From Guillardia theta CCMP2712 (lineage: Eukaryota > Protista > Cryptophyta), in contig NW_005434663.1 in assembly GCF_000315625.1 (NCBI RefSeq), positions 587,882 to 651,881 on the forward strand: 64,000 bases of DNA, read 5' to 3'. Below are positions 12,276-25,500 of the stretch, piece by piece; positions within the stretch are counted from its first letter, which is position 1; every line of letters starts with the position of its first letter. The position numbers and the translations under genes were made by a program. A model generated the notes under the pieces. It did no database searches, was not told where the DNA came from, and saw only the letters and a program-made list of their open reading frames with translations.

Positions 12276-13382
12276 TCAAACACGTCCACCTTCTCTCGCT
12301 GTCGATCTTCTTGTCCTCTTTGACGCACTGGGCAAACTTGCGTTGGGGTCGATGACCTGGAGACCTGTCCTCCGTGAGTTGATTTCCTGCAGCCAAAATC
12401 AACAGCTGTAGGAGGTAGACAAAAAAAACTACCTCCATCTCATTCAGAGTCACTGTCACAGTCGGCGATGAGATCTTGGGGGTGGAGGACTCTGACCTGT
12501 AGCTCTTCTCTACCGAGGGTGTCGGCGACGCCGGCTGCTCCTGCTTGAAGAGACTGCTAGGTAGTCAGATCTACCCTCATCACAAGCTCCGCACCTTCTG
12601 TCATGCTCCGCTATCTCTGGTTCGAATTGAGGCTGGAACACAGGAGAGAAATCTGCTTCCGTTGCCGCGAGCCTGTCAGGATCTGCCTCCTTCACCCGTA
12701 CACTGCATGGCGGAGAGCATCCAAAGGAAGGAGTGTTCTCAGGAGACCCGTACCTCCGCTTGAACCCAGCCTGGGTGCTATTGTCTAGACATGGAGTTCG
12801 TGGGGTTGAAAAGAAGGAGGGGAGGGAATCTTGGGTGATATCCAGAGAACAAGAGCTGTTTGGTAATGACTCTATCACACCTGAAAAGAACTTCTTCCTC
12901 TCGTTCTCCTCGAAGGATTGGAAAAAATTGATCCAAAGCTGCAGAGAAGACTGGACGCTCTTGGTATGTACAACAAATTCTTTGACGTGAGAAAGAAGCT
13001 TCGCGGCATTGTCTGTGGCTCTATTAATGTTGTCGTCAACTTGCTGCAAAAGTCCTGTGACCTGAATGCATTCCTCAGCTTCATATCACAGAGTTCAAGC
13101 AAGGCATGCGGTGACCGAATGGGTCATGTGAATACAATTGCCCGATCGTCCTTATCCTCGTCCTCTTCGTCGTTGTAATTTCCTATTCCTGCTGCTCTTC
13201 CGCACCTACTTCCTTGTTCATCCTGCCTTTGCTCCTTCTTCTTCCTCCTTCCTCTCCTTCTTCTTCCTCCTTCCTCTCCTTCTTCTTTCTGCTTCCTTTC
13301 CTTCTTCTTCCTCCTTCCTCTCTCTCGCCATTACCTTCTGATTCGCTTCCTCCAGCTCGTTCCCCATCGATCCTCCTGACAT
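12276..13382 (-). CDS. ASK1: DASH/Dam1 kinetochore complex subunit Ask1-like protein
   Basis: VTGLLQQVDDNINRATDNAAKLLSHVKEFVVHTKSVQSSLQLWINFFQ fits the Ask1 N-terminal pattern as I recall it (LQEIDxNF...ILPxVxxY...VWxSxxFWKQFF). A long S/T/P-rich tail follows. Exons continue through 12570-12433 and 12388-12276; gene ends are approximate. Confidence 0.65.
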
Positions 13383-13439
13383 GTTGCGGTTTCAAATTTC
13401 GAACTAGCGTGAGGTGCGCTGAATGAGGGGCAACATGGC

Positions 13440-13960
13440 GAGCGGGCCGGGCCCGGGCCGGCGGCGGGGGCGGGCCGCTGCGCCGCCCGGCCGGGCCACG
13501 GTCCCCCAAAGTTAACAGTGATACCTCACATAACCGACGGAGCACAAGTTTCAAGTTTGTTAGACTTGTACTGTGCCAAAGTAAAATGCAGACATCATAT
13601 CGACCGCCGGACGTGACGGTGCTGAGCCTGCATATGCATCACTGACGATGACCTCGGTTCTTCAAGTCCTCTCAGTGCTGCCGCCGCGGTCCGGTGTACT
13701 ACGGTATCGGATTGTCCGGCCGCAAGATCCAATTCGCCGGAATCGCGACACTAAAGCACGCGCAGTGAATATCAGTATCACGGTCCGACGGTCAAAAGTT
13801 CCGAGCGGGAAACAGTGGGCCGGCGTCACGGTCCGCCCCAGACTCTGAGAGCCTTGAACTTCGGAACGATATGGGCGGATCTGGAATGAAAAGATTCAGT
13901 TTGAAGAGCTCGCAGTTTCAGAACTTTTTGAGTATCCAGGAACTTTTAGACGGTTAAAGG
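13440..13960. promoter_or_regulatory. GC-rich CCGG island, candidate bidirectional promoter (similar at 30375-30850, 46370-46850, 52410-53050)
   Basis: Non-coding, rich in GGCCCGGCC, and lies between divergent genes. Recurring short motifs AACTTCGGA and CCGTAC/GTACGG. Confidence 0.4.
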
Positions 13961-14408
13961 TGCAGACAACAAATAGGGGAACAGGAACTTTTTGTGCATC
14001 AAAGACCTTTTAAACAGGCAGCAGAGGATGCGATCATGTCAGTGGCGAAGCAAGCGGAGGGGAGAGCGAGAGCGTGGCGGAGGAGGCGATGGGAGGAGGG
14101 AAAGGAGAAAAAAGTAGGAAGGTTAGAGGACAGACGATTGAGGAGGAAGATGAGCAGAATCTGTCAGCCAGAGACGAGCAAAGTTGATATGCGAGGACTG
14201 CATTGATCAGAAGACAAAGTGCGGGGGGTGTAGTGATCCGATGACATGGTGACGCTCTTGATAGTGGGGGGACTGTTACGCATCTCATCTGCATTGAAAC
14301 CCGTTCGTCCGCTGCGAGTGAGAACTCTTGCTCTTCTTGAAGGGTCGACACTCACTCTGGACCAAGAGCAGAAGTACAGGCTATTTCTTCTCAAGGGAGT
14401 TTTCGAAG

Positions 14409-16492
14409 ATGTCAACTGAAATGGTCAAGTTCAACAGGTAACCCTGCTGCTGCTACTCCTCTCATAGCTCATCCGCACGACCCTTCTGACTTGTCGTCTC
14501 CTCCAGGGCTGACGGAACCGAGGTTCCCGCCTACGCCTCAGCTTCCGGACCCAAGGGAGGGCTGGTAGGGTTTGACTTTGCGACTCGTGGCCGGCTGCCT
14601 TGGCTGATGTTTGAGTTCGCAGATCGTCCTTCAAGGTTCATTCTTGCTGCTGCTGCTTCTTCTCTTGTTCCTGATGCTCCTGCTTTCCTCTTGACGACCT
14701 CGATCTTTGGAACGGCAGAGTGGTGGGGGATCAATGATCAGGTGCTGCTGTCGGGCAGGGAAGGAGAGTCGGGTTGAGATCGCTGATATTCTCTTGCAGA
14801 TCAAGGCAACTGCTACTGACATCGCGGCCAAGTGCGGCGTTCGAGTTGTCATCCCAGATCTGTACAGGTCCAAGGTTGCCTACGAGGTGATGGCAGAGGA
14901 GTCGAAGTTGGAGGAGAGGAATGGTTGTTGGGGGAGAGGGAGAGGATGGAGGGGAGGGAGAGAGGGAGACGAGAAGGGAAAGATGACAAGGGGAAGGGGA
15001 GACGGGGGGGTAAAGAGAGGGAGGGACAACGAGGAAGAGGAAAAAGTGCCTGTTGTTCTTGTTCTTGCTTGATGTTTTGTCTCTCAGGCGGCTGAGGCTC
15101 AGCACTTGATGAGCGGTCTGGACTGGCCAGGAGCCTTGCAGGACGTGAAGGCTGCAGCCACCTGGCTCAAGTCGCAGGGTTGCAGCAAGGTGACGGACAT
15201 ATCGAAGGAGAGGGGAGATGAGGAGGGAGGAGGGGTGGTGGTGGAGGGAGGAGGGGTGGTGGTGGAAGCGGGGAGGGGAGGCGACAGATAGCTAGTGTGT
15301 GAGTGAGAGAAGGAGATGATTGTGAGGATAGTAAGGATGGTTGTTGGGAGGAGGGAGGGAAGAATTTTCGCTCATGTGCAGGAGGGGAGGAGGGAGGATG
15401 ACGTGGCCCTGCAGGTCGGAGTCGTTGGGTTCTGCATGGGAGGAGCGCTCTCCCTCGGAAGCGCCGTCCACCACCCTGAGATCGACGCCTGCATCGCTTT
15501 TTACGGTTGGAACTGGAGGAGAAGTGAGTGGGCAGGATGCGGGTGACGGAGATTGAACAGGATGGAACGACGGCCTTGCCGATGTCAAGGAGATGAAGAA
15601 GCCGGTGCCTCGTCCTCCTCCTGGCCAACTCGTCCTCCTCCTGGCTTCCTATTTCTCCCCTTTCCAGAACTCTCCTCGTTATCCCTCCTCTCTGTTCTCT
15701 CCTTCCTTTGTTATCAGGCTGCTTTCGCTCTCTCGTTCCTGTCCTAGCTTGCCCTGACCTTTCTGTCAGACTCAATGTCACTTCGGACAGAAGGACGAAA
15801 TTAAGGGCTTCTCCGATCCTGAAGCGGTATGGTCACCAAACCTTTCCTGCCGCTAGAGGCTTTCTAGTCCCTTCCTGTAGCTTCACCCCTTATCCTAGGC
15901 TTCTCGTCCCGTCTCTTATCCTCTCCTCCCTTCCTCTGCCCCCCTCTCCTGCTCTCCCCTCCCTTCTGTCTTCTTTTGTGTGCCTAACTTGACGCCTTGT
16001 AGGCGGCAAAGCTCGAGGAGAAGCTCAAGGCCTCCGGCTGTCCGATGGAGTTCTACATGTACGAGACCCAAGGACATGGTGAGCCACGAGGAGGAAGAGA
16101 GTGGTGGTGGAGGAGAGAGGAGGGAAGGGAGAGGAAGAGAGAAGACGGTAGAGTTTTTCAAGTGGAACAGATGGGAGGATGGGCGTATCAAGTTTCGCAG
16201 GCTGACGTCATTGCAGGCTTCATGAACGGAACAGCCTGGGGCAAGGAGATGCAGAAGAAGCTCGGCCGTCCTGAGGTGGAGGACGCGACGATCCTGGTAT
16301 GGGAGAGGGAGGAGAGAGAGAAAGGAGAGGAGATGATGTGTGCGGGCAGCTGGCCATGGACCGCATGAAAGACTTCCTTGCCAAGCACGTGCTGGTGAGA
16401 GACAGGGAGGGAGGAAGGAAAGAAGAAGGGAGGGAGGGAGGGAGGGAGGGAGGAAGGAAAGGAGAAGGGAGCGAGTTGCTGACTAGCTGTGA
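14409..16492 (+). CDS. Dienelactone hydrolase (carboxymethylenebutenolidase) family protein
   Basis: Spliced: ..GLIVLQEWWGINDQIKATA..RVVIPDLYR..LDWPGALQDVKAAATWLK..VGVVGFCMGGALSL..IAFYG..HFGQKD..YETQGHGFMN..AMDRMKDFLAKHVLL*. The Cys-Asp-His triad motifs are intact; about 13 exons. Confidence 0.93.
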
Positions 16493-16515
16493 AGGCTTGA
16501 GCCGGAGGATACGGA

Positions 16516-19500
16516 TCAAGGAATGTTGTCTCCTGCATGTCGTTAAGACCAGAAACTCCTGCTGAGAGAGGAAGTGGAAGTTACCGATGAGTGCCAGGTT
16601 GATAGAAGTGAGTTTGTTGTCGATGATACGAACTTGAGTTGAATCGTCTCCCTTTCCCGCAAGTTCCAACCCGAACCTGTAGGAGTTGCATTACCGCACA
16701 ACACATGGTGGTGGAGTTGACAGGGGTGGGAGAGGAACGAGGAGGAGGTGGGAGAGGGAGGAGGAGAAGGGAAGGAGGGTGAGCAGAGGATGGACGGATG
16801 GAAAGAGGAAGGGAGGGAGGAAGGACCAAAGGAGGAGGGAAGGAGGAGGAGGGATGGGTAATGTGACGGAAGGGGAGGGGAGGAAGGGAAGGAGAACAGA
16901 GAGCATGAGGACGAGACCTCCACTCTCTGCCCTTGAGCTCTGGGAGCTTGTAAGGAGGGAGGTACGTCTCCTTGTTGAGGACAACAGTCATCATCCTTTG
17001 AGTCGGCAACCTGCGATTGAAGCTCAGCGGGACGGGCTGAAGAGCCAACGAAGGAGGAGGAAGCAGAGACGGGAGCAGGGGGATTGGGGAAGAGCGGGAG
17101 GAGCAGAAGGTCAGGACGAGGAGTGGAGGAGTTGGACGGGAGAGGAGCGAGGTAGGAGGAGGAGACTCTTGGTGGTGGTGTTGGGGACGCCGGGAGGATG
17201 CTGGGTCGTCTTACAGGAAGACGCCGACGGTGTCGGGGTATGCCTTCACCTTCACCTTTCCGCTCGCTCCCTTCCAGTCGGCACAGTCCTGCTCCTTGTT
17301 CCTGATTGACATGTTGTTGACGCTGTAGAGGAACCCGTGCTCAGTATCAGAGAGTTCCTTGGACGACTGCGGGAAGTTGCCCCCGTCGAAGAGGAAGACG
17401 CCGATGCGAATGTCCGACTTGACCTTGGCGCAGTTGATCTCGAGGAAGGAGACCTCCTCCTTGGACGCGCTGGGAGAGATGAGGACGGACCCATCGAGCT
17501 GCGTCAGCTCCACCGTCCTCCCGTCTCCTCGGATCTGCATCCCTTCCTTCCTGTAGGCCTTGTCGAACGTCCAGCTGACCTGCTTGATGGGAACCTTGTT
17601 CTCCTCCTCCTCCTGCACCCCCCTGTCCTCGTCGGGGATCGCACGGAAGCTCATTCGCATCCTCGACATCTCGTCCCTCAGCCGATGGATCTCCTCAAGC
17701 TCCTGGTCATGCTTCAGCGCCGCCGGCGCGTACATGCGCATCACGCCGGTGACGAGGAGCTTGGAGCGGATGAGGAGGAGGCCCTCCCTGCCCTGCCTGC
17801 TCGAGGGCCGCAGGAACATCTGCAGGACGTCGACGAGCTGCTCGATGCGGGTCTCGACGTTGACATCGGCGATGGAGTCCTTGAAGAAGAGCTCGTCGGA
17901 GGAGGAGATGAACTTGAGGTCGTTGATGGAGATGCCCCCCGAGGACGAGAGGATCTGCAGCATGACGAACTTGACCACCTTGCGGTCGAAGCGCTGCTCC
18001 ATGTTCGGGAGGATGCAGTCAGTCCAGAGGTCGTCCACTTTCCCGCTCATCGCCCTCAGGTCCTCGTCCACCTTCTCGTACAGCGACAGCTGAGACGCCT
18101 GTGCGCAGAAGAGGGCGAGGAAGAGAGGGCTCCTCCCGTCCTCCTTGCTCACGATCAGCTTCACTTGGGCCGGGCTCACGTTCTCCTTGCCGAAATGCCG
18201 CAGCCATGCTCGGCACACCTTGTCACTCTCCTCCCCATTGTCGAGCAGCGGCAGGCTGATCTCAGGGATTTGAGCCTTGGATACATCGCTCGCAGCGATG
18301 AGGATGAGCTTGCCCTCGGGCCCTCTCCCACCTCCCTCCTGCTCCTCCTCCTGCTCCCTCTTGCTGGTAGACGCCAGCTCGAAGAACTGGCAGAGGAGCT
18401 CCACCTGCGCTGAACCGAGCCCGTCGACGACGAGGAGGAGGGTGTACCCGCTGCGGAGGACGTCGATGAGGACAGTCTTGAACCACTTGAACGTCGTCTG
18501 CGCCGCCTCCTTCCTCTTCAACGCTTCCCTCCCTTGGAGCTGGATAAGGATCTCCATGCCGAGGTAGCGCAGGACGTGCTCGAAGGAGGTGTCGGTCATC
18601 TTGAAGTAGAAGGTTACAAGATTGACGCTGCGGGCACCGGTGGGGGAGGAGGGGGAGAGGAAGTCAGAGGGAGCACTAGAGGTGCCAAGAATGTTGAGCC
18701 TCTTCTGCAGGAAGTTGCAGAGGAAGGACGTTCGCCCCGAGTGCGCGTCCCCTCTGAGGAAGAGAACGTCGGCCGTGGTGGAGGAGGAGAGGGCGCCGGA
18801 GAGCCAGTCGGAGACGCCCTGCATGACTCGCTCCCTGGACCCTCCCTTTGGCATCTCGAAGACGATGGTCATGTCCTCCAGGAACGCCTCCTGCTCCTTG
18901 TGCTCCTTGAAGTGGTTGTCGAAGGGGAAGGAGAGCGGGGGAGGGAAGTATGCTTCAAGCATGTCCTGCAGCCCGATCATGACTGCCCAGCCGAGGTTCT
19001 TGAGGTCGAGCCGGACGCCGCTGGCGGAGACGTTGGCGTGTTTCATCTAGGGAGCGAATTGAGAGAATTGAAGACAAAGGGGGGGGGGGGGCGGGNNNNN
19101 NNNNNNNNNNNNNNNNNNNNNNNNNNNNNNNNNNNNNNNNNNNNNNNNNNNNNNNNNNNNNNNNNNNNNNNNNNNNNNNNNNNNNNNNNNNNNNNGAAGG
19201 AGGGGGTAAATAAATTATAAAAGGGAAATTGATGTACGAGAGACACAGGGGCCTCCAAGAAGAGGGAGGGAGAGAGCCACCGGCACATGGAGGGGGAGAG
19301 GGAGGGAGGGGAGGCAGAAGGGGAAGCGAGCAGGGCAGGCACGACAAGTCTCTCCTTACCTTGTCTCCCTTGGCCTCCTCGTCAAACCTCTTTAGCTCCT
19401 CGTCCTCCACAAGTTCCTGCAGGTTCCTGGGGGGGGGGGGGGAGAACATTCCTCCAGCTTTACCTCGAGCCTCCTCAAGATCTGTTCCTGATTGATGTTG

Positions 19501-22500
19501 CCGTCTGTTCTCTCCTCCATGATGATGTCCTGCCCAGCTCGTAACTACTCTTGCTCCTCCTCTACCCCATGCTCCTCCTCTACCCCATGCTCCACCCCCC
19601 CTCCCTCTCGCCCCCCATGCCATGTCCTTCACACGTAGTACCCGATTCGGCCGACTGTATTGCTCCACGAGCAGCCTCCACCACCTGAGCAGCATCAGGA
19701 GGTAGGAAGGGAGAGTCGTTGGGTCTTCACTTCAGAATCTCCTCCTTTTGCCTCTCCACCTCCTCCGCCGCGCATTCCTTGAGCTTGTTGCGCAAGGAAT
19801 CGATCATGGAGACGATGGAGAAGGTTCTGAACTCATAGGGAGGATCGATGAGATCTGGGCTGTACGTGTAGCACCGTCCTGCTGCGATCTGATACAGACC
19901 GTCAACTCCTGCTCCAGCAAGGCCCCACTTCTCCCCCCCTCCCCACCCACTGCTCCTCACTACTTCTCCTCTGTTTTCTTCATCAGCCGCCTCCTCGTTC
20001 TCTCGCGGCTCGCTCCGCCTCCTTCGCCTTCCCTCCTCCTCCCGTCTCTCGTCTTCCCACCTGCTTCACGTCTTCCTTCAAGTGGTTGACGTTGAACTCT
20101 CCCTCCTTCACGTTGTCGAAGAACGCTTCTGACGCCGACTGCGGCACGTTCTCCTTCCACTCTATCCTCGACGTGAACTCAGGGTCCCGGAGAAAGAAGA
20201 AAGTCTCTGAAGCGAATCTGAGGAAGGCTACTTAGAAGGTGCCACTTCTACTGCCCATTCCTCTGCTTCTTCCTCCCCTCCCCTCCTCCTCTGCCCCCCT
20301 CCCCTACTCTCCCTTCCTCTCCTCCTCCTCACGGTCGTCTGAAGAACGCATGCGCCATCTCAAGTCCGGTCACAGAGTACTGCAGCAGGGGTGAGCGGAC
20401 CTCCCAGCTGGGGCTCTAGACGAACCTGTTGGTACTTCCCATCCATCGTCCATTTGTAGGACTTGCCTGCACACCGAGCATCACAACAGAAGACTTCCTC
20501 CCTGTCCTCCTCTTCTCCTCCTGCTTCCTCCTCCCTGTCCTCCTCTCCTCCTGCTTCCTCCTTGTCCTCCTCCTTCCCCTCGTATTCGTCCTTCCTCGTC
20601 GTCCTCGTCCTCGCCTCTGAACCTTTGCCTTCCTGTTTCTTCCTCCTGCATCCTCCTCCTGTTTCTGCCTCGTTCCTCATCATCTTCCTCCTCCCTCCGT
20701 CCCCTCTGCCTCATCATGCCTGCAACTGTGCGATCTTTCCCCTTGGGAGGAGGATTCCATCCACATCTTTCTCCAAGGAGACCGACGACCTGTCAGGGGT
20801 ACATGAGAAGAGTGTGAGGGAGGAGGAGGAGGTCAAGAAGGAAGGGGGGGTAGTAGGGGGGTTAGAAGGAGGAGGAGAGGATGAGGAGGAGGAGGAGTAG
20901 AGGAGGTGAGAGAAGGGGGGGGTTNNNNNNNNNNNNNNNNNNNNNNNNNNNNNNNNNNNNNNNNNNNNNNNNNNNNNNNNNNNNNNNNNNNNNNNNNNNN
21001 NNNNNNNNNNNNNNNNNNNNNNNNGCTAAGGGAGGAAAACATCAAGATGATCAGGAGCATCATCCCGTGGAGGTGGTGGTGGAGGAGGAGGAGGAGGAGG
21101 AGGAGGAATGCCAGTATGAAGCAGTAGATGAGGAGAATACTTACAAGAGGTACTTGCACCCCGTTGTGTAGTGGTAGAGTACACTCGTCAATCTTCTTGA
21201 GACAGGACAAAATTGTCTTGTTTTCTCTGATGACAGAAGTCAACATGAGGGGAAGGAGGAGGAGAAAAGGAGGAGAAAAGTAGGAGAGGCGGAAAAGGAG
21301 AGGAGAGAAGGAGGAGGGGGAGAAGGGAGGAGAGGGAGGAGGAGAGGGAGGAGGAGGATAGAGGAGTAAAGAGGGAGGCTGAGAGAGGGAGGAGGGGGAG
21401 GAGAGGGAGGGGAGGGAGGGGAGGGAGGGGAGTCAAGAGGAATAAGGGGATGGAGAGGCGGGCGAGGAGGAAGGCTTCACTTGGAATCGTCTTCCGTCAC
21501 CCCTCCCCATCTGAAGTCAATCCAAGAGAAATCGATGCGGCGCCGCGAGCAGGCCTCTCGGAACGCCGGGTAGATGAAGTTGTTGAGGTAGTCCCGCTCG
21601 CAATGCATGTCAGAGAATGTTGACGAGTTGAACACCTGAAAGGAATGTCACCTCGTCTCCCTCAGCTCCTCGACGTCAAATGTTCATCATCATCATCATC
21701 ATCATCTCGTCATCATCATCATCATCGTCATCGTCATCGTCATCGTCATCTACTTCACCTTGATCTGAACTCGCTCCCCGGGTAGGAATGGCTGGAGGAA
21801 GCTTCGCACCAGGGACGCAGACATGAGGACTTGAGAGAGTTGGGGGCACTTGCTTGAGTCCATGAGCTTTTTACTTCGAGCAGTGTGAGCAGCGATCAGA
21901 GCAGGGAAGGGAGGAGAAGCAGAAGGGGAGGGGAAGGGAAGGGTAGGCAAGGGGAGGGGAAGGGCAGGGCAGGGCAGGGCAGGGCAGGGAAGGGAAGGAG
22001 GAGGGAGGCAGGGAGGGAGAGGTCGCACGTGATAGTGTCTTGCAACGTAGTGATGATGGTCTCGTCGATGAAAAGTTCAAGGATGGCGTATGTGCGTCGG
22101 TGGTTGAGTTTGGTGAGGACGACTTGTTTGGAGTCCAGGTTGAGAGCTCTCGCGACCTCTTCGAAGATGCGCTGCTTGAACTCTTCTTCTGATTGCTGTT
22201 GGTAGCAAGACAAGGTTGCATTGTAAGAGTCAAAGTGACAAAAATGCCGATGGGTTGAGAGATTGAGCGTACCAGGCTGTTCTTCATGCTGCAAACCATC
22301 GCAACGACCAAGAAGGTGCTCATGTCCTGGATCACTTTTGAACGGCTCTGCCAGACCCGAATGTCAACGTTGTTCATCATCATCATCATCATCACCATCA
22401 CCATCACCACAACCACCACCATGAACATGACTACCATCATAAGCAGCAGGAGGAAGAATGTTTTGATCATCATCATCGTCATCATATCATCATATGAAAT

Positions 22501-25500
22501 CATTTTCTCCTCTCCCTTCCTCCTACCCTTCCTTTTCCTCTGGCCTCCACTCCTCCTCCTCCTCCTCCTGCTCTTTGAGGGTGTACCAGGTACGGAAGCA
22601 GGCCTTGTTTCCTCTCTTGCAACCTCTTGCAGATCTCCTCGGCCACCAGCCGCAAGTTGATCATCTTCTTCTCTCCCGTCTCCATCCTCCTCACGCGTTC
22701 CATCAGCGACAGCGACAGCTCGACTCGAGCGAAAATCTTCTTCTGCAAGCAAAATTTCACAAGAAAGCCGCGCGCTCAAGGTCAAGATCCGAACATGGTC
22801 AACAGACTTCATCGACGCCTCGTGGATGGGGTTGACGACGCCTTGCGCGACAAGGTCGACCGCCTCTAGCTGAACGACTCTGATGATGACGGACTCTCTG
22901 GAGATAGCGACCTCTTGCTCCCTTCCCACCTCCTCGCACATGTCCATCATCGTCTTGGTGGTCTCCTCCACAAGCTGCTGCGGCCCTTTGCTCTCAGCCT
23001 CGTCGAAGACCGCCAGGTCGAACTCGAGGAACACGTGGGTCTTGTCGATGGCGTCTTGTTTCATGACCCCCATCTGCAGCAATGAGGCAATCTCTGCTAC
23101 CTGTCAACCATCGCAGTCAAGACGATTGTCTTCTTCACCACGGGTCATCCTCCTCCTCCTCCTCCTCCTCCTCCTCCTCCTATCCTCCTCCTCCTCCTAT
23201 CCTCCTCCTCGTTTTCGTCCTCCTCCTCCTCCTCCTCCTCTCCAGCAGCAAGGCACTCTACTTTCCTTCCTCTCACCTGCTTCGACTTCAAGGCATGGAT
23301 CGACTGCGCCCTCGAGATCGTCGACGACACTCTGTCGAACTCATCCACGTTCTTCATCCTCGGCTCCACCAGCATCCTCTTCATCTCCTTGAGCTTCTGC
23401 GCGCTGTCTACGTCCCTATCTACCCTCCTCATCCTCGACAGAAGCTTCTTCAGCGGCAGCCTCTCCCCCTCCCCACTCTCCAGCTTCTCCACGTCGCACT
23501 TGTCCATCATCTCCAGCCTCAGGATGCAGTCGTACACCCGCACGAGGGAGAACTCCTCCCCGCTCTTGTCCGCACACGCCGCACACTCTCCCCTCATCTC
23601 CTCCATCATCTCCGTCGCCCTCCGCTCTATCACATCCAGCTGCGCCTGCGGCAGCTTCTGCGCTATCAGCTGACAGATGCTCACTTGGCCGACCCTCAGG
23701 TCCGCCCGGTGCGTCGTTGCCATCTCCTGCAGGAGGGAGCAAAGCTTGTACAGCTCCTGGGGCACCTGCGATCTTCCCAGCTGGAGGATGGAGGACAGAA
23801 ACTCGTCACAGAACGAGTCCACCCCCATGTGGTCCAGCAGCCGGTGCAGGACGACCGGGTTGTTGAACAGCTCGAGCATCTTCTCGAAGTTCTTCATCTT
23901 CAGCTGGCGGACCGCCAGGTCCACCAGGTGCTTGTCCGGCACGTTGAAGTAAACCTTGAAGGTGTCGTGCTGCAGCGACTGCTCGAGTGCCTTGTTCGCC
24001 GACATGTTCGCCGTGCTCAGCTCGTTCTCCAGCATCAGGTTGTCCCTCGTCTTGAGAGCCTTCAGTCGTCATCCCGTCAGTCGCTTGCAAGGCAGGAGGA
24101 ACAGCAACGACACGTCAAGGCAGGGGAGCAAGGGCAGGGAGCAAGAGCAAGGGCAAGCATCAGTCTCCATCATCGTCAACTGGCACGAGATCGGATCATG
24201 CGAGCAGAAAATACCTTGATGAACTTGTAGATGCTCTCCCTCGCCCTCTTCCTAATGTTCTGACTCGTCATCTTCGTCTCCAGCTTCACACGCTCGAACT
24301 CCGACACGAAACCATCGCGGACAAGAGCGAGTTGAAGCAAAAGAGCCTTCGAACACGTTACCTCTTGTCTGTTTCCTCCTCATCTCCTCCACTTTCTCTT
24401 GAGGGCCATCCTTAATCGCTCAAACCCACTCCCGCACCTCCTTTCCTCCCCCTCCCCACTCTCCTGTCCTGTCCTCTTACCGCGTTCTCTTCCAAGTTTA
24501 GAATCGTCACTCCCTTTGCTGTTCCGCGGTACAACTCCTCATACTCCGACATGCGTTTCCACGATGACGATTGCCGCATGCTTTTGATCGCTTTGCCCCT
24601 TGCAGTGAGCAGGAACTCCTCCTTTCCCTGCAGGAGAAGATGAGAGGAGGGAAGGAGTAGACGGGGAGGGATGAAGGGAGGTAGTCGAGAAATCCGGTTC
24701 GAACATGGTCACCTTGAAAGTGTCTTGCTCTTCTCCATCGATTCTCTTCTCCCATCTCAAGATGACGACATTCTGCTTGACTTCCTTGCTCAAGAACTGC
24801 AGCAAGATCAGCATCGTGTCATGCAGGAGGACCGAGAGGAGAGCGCGAGGGTCTGGGGAGTAGCAGAGGAAACGGGGGCGTAGGTAGGAGGGGAGGTCGG
24901 TAGTGCAAGATCGCAGCAGAGGAGAGAGAAGGGCGGACGAGAACAGTAAGAGGACACGGGGACGTGAAGGGGCTGGGAAGGCACCTGCGGTTTGGGGGGC
25001 TTGGGACGGGAGGTTGTGATTACGGTCCTCCAGCAAGAGACTGAGAGAAGGCGGATGAGATGGAAGGCTCAGCAACAGCGTCGTCGTTACCGATCGTCTC
25101 TCCTCGCTCGTCGCTCAGGACCGCTCTCAGCTTACATACACAAGTTGTTGAGGACAGGACGGGCTGAGACAAGGTGTAAGGGTTGACCGGGGCGTGCTGG
25201 GAGGTGGGAGCTTACTATAGCGATGTTGAAGGTACTCCTGTCTCGACGATCCGTCGTCTCTATCTGATCAAGATTGTCATTCACACGCACACGGATGTTT
25301 GTCAGATGTGCATCGTTGGCACTTAACCCCTTATCTCCTGCCTCCTCCTCCTCCTCACCAGCCATGGCAACAAGACGCAACGGCAGCCTCTGCAGCATGC
25401 TCCCGCCTTACCTTCTCACGGCGACGGACTACCTTCTCAGTCATCTCTGCAGATTCCAACTCGAGGCAATGCACATCTTTTGCCACCGCCTCCTCGAGCA

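Noticed and set aside
12085-12459. ORF that looks like a secreted Cys-rich (PAN-like) protein with signal peptide VVFFVYLLQLLILAA
   Set aside because: The 'signal peptide' is a GT..AG intron (gtagtttt...ctgcag) of the Ask1-like gene, and the real frame differs after it.
17337-18413. Long antisense ORFs (also 3384-4769, 23082-24230, 59224-60234)
   Set aside because: Shadows of GC3-rich coding sequence on the opposite strand.
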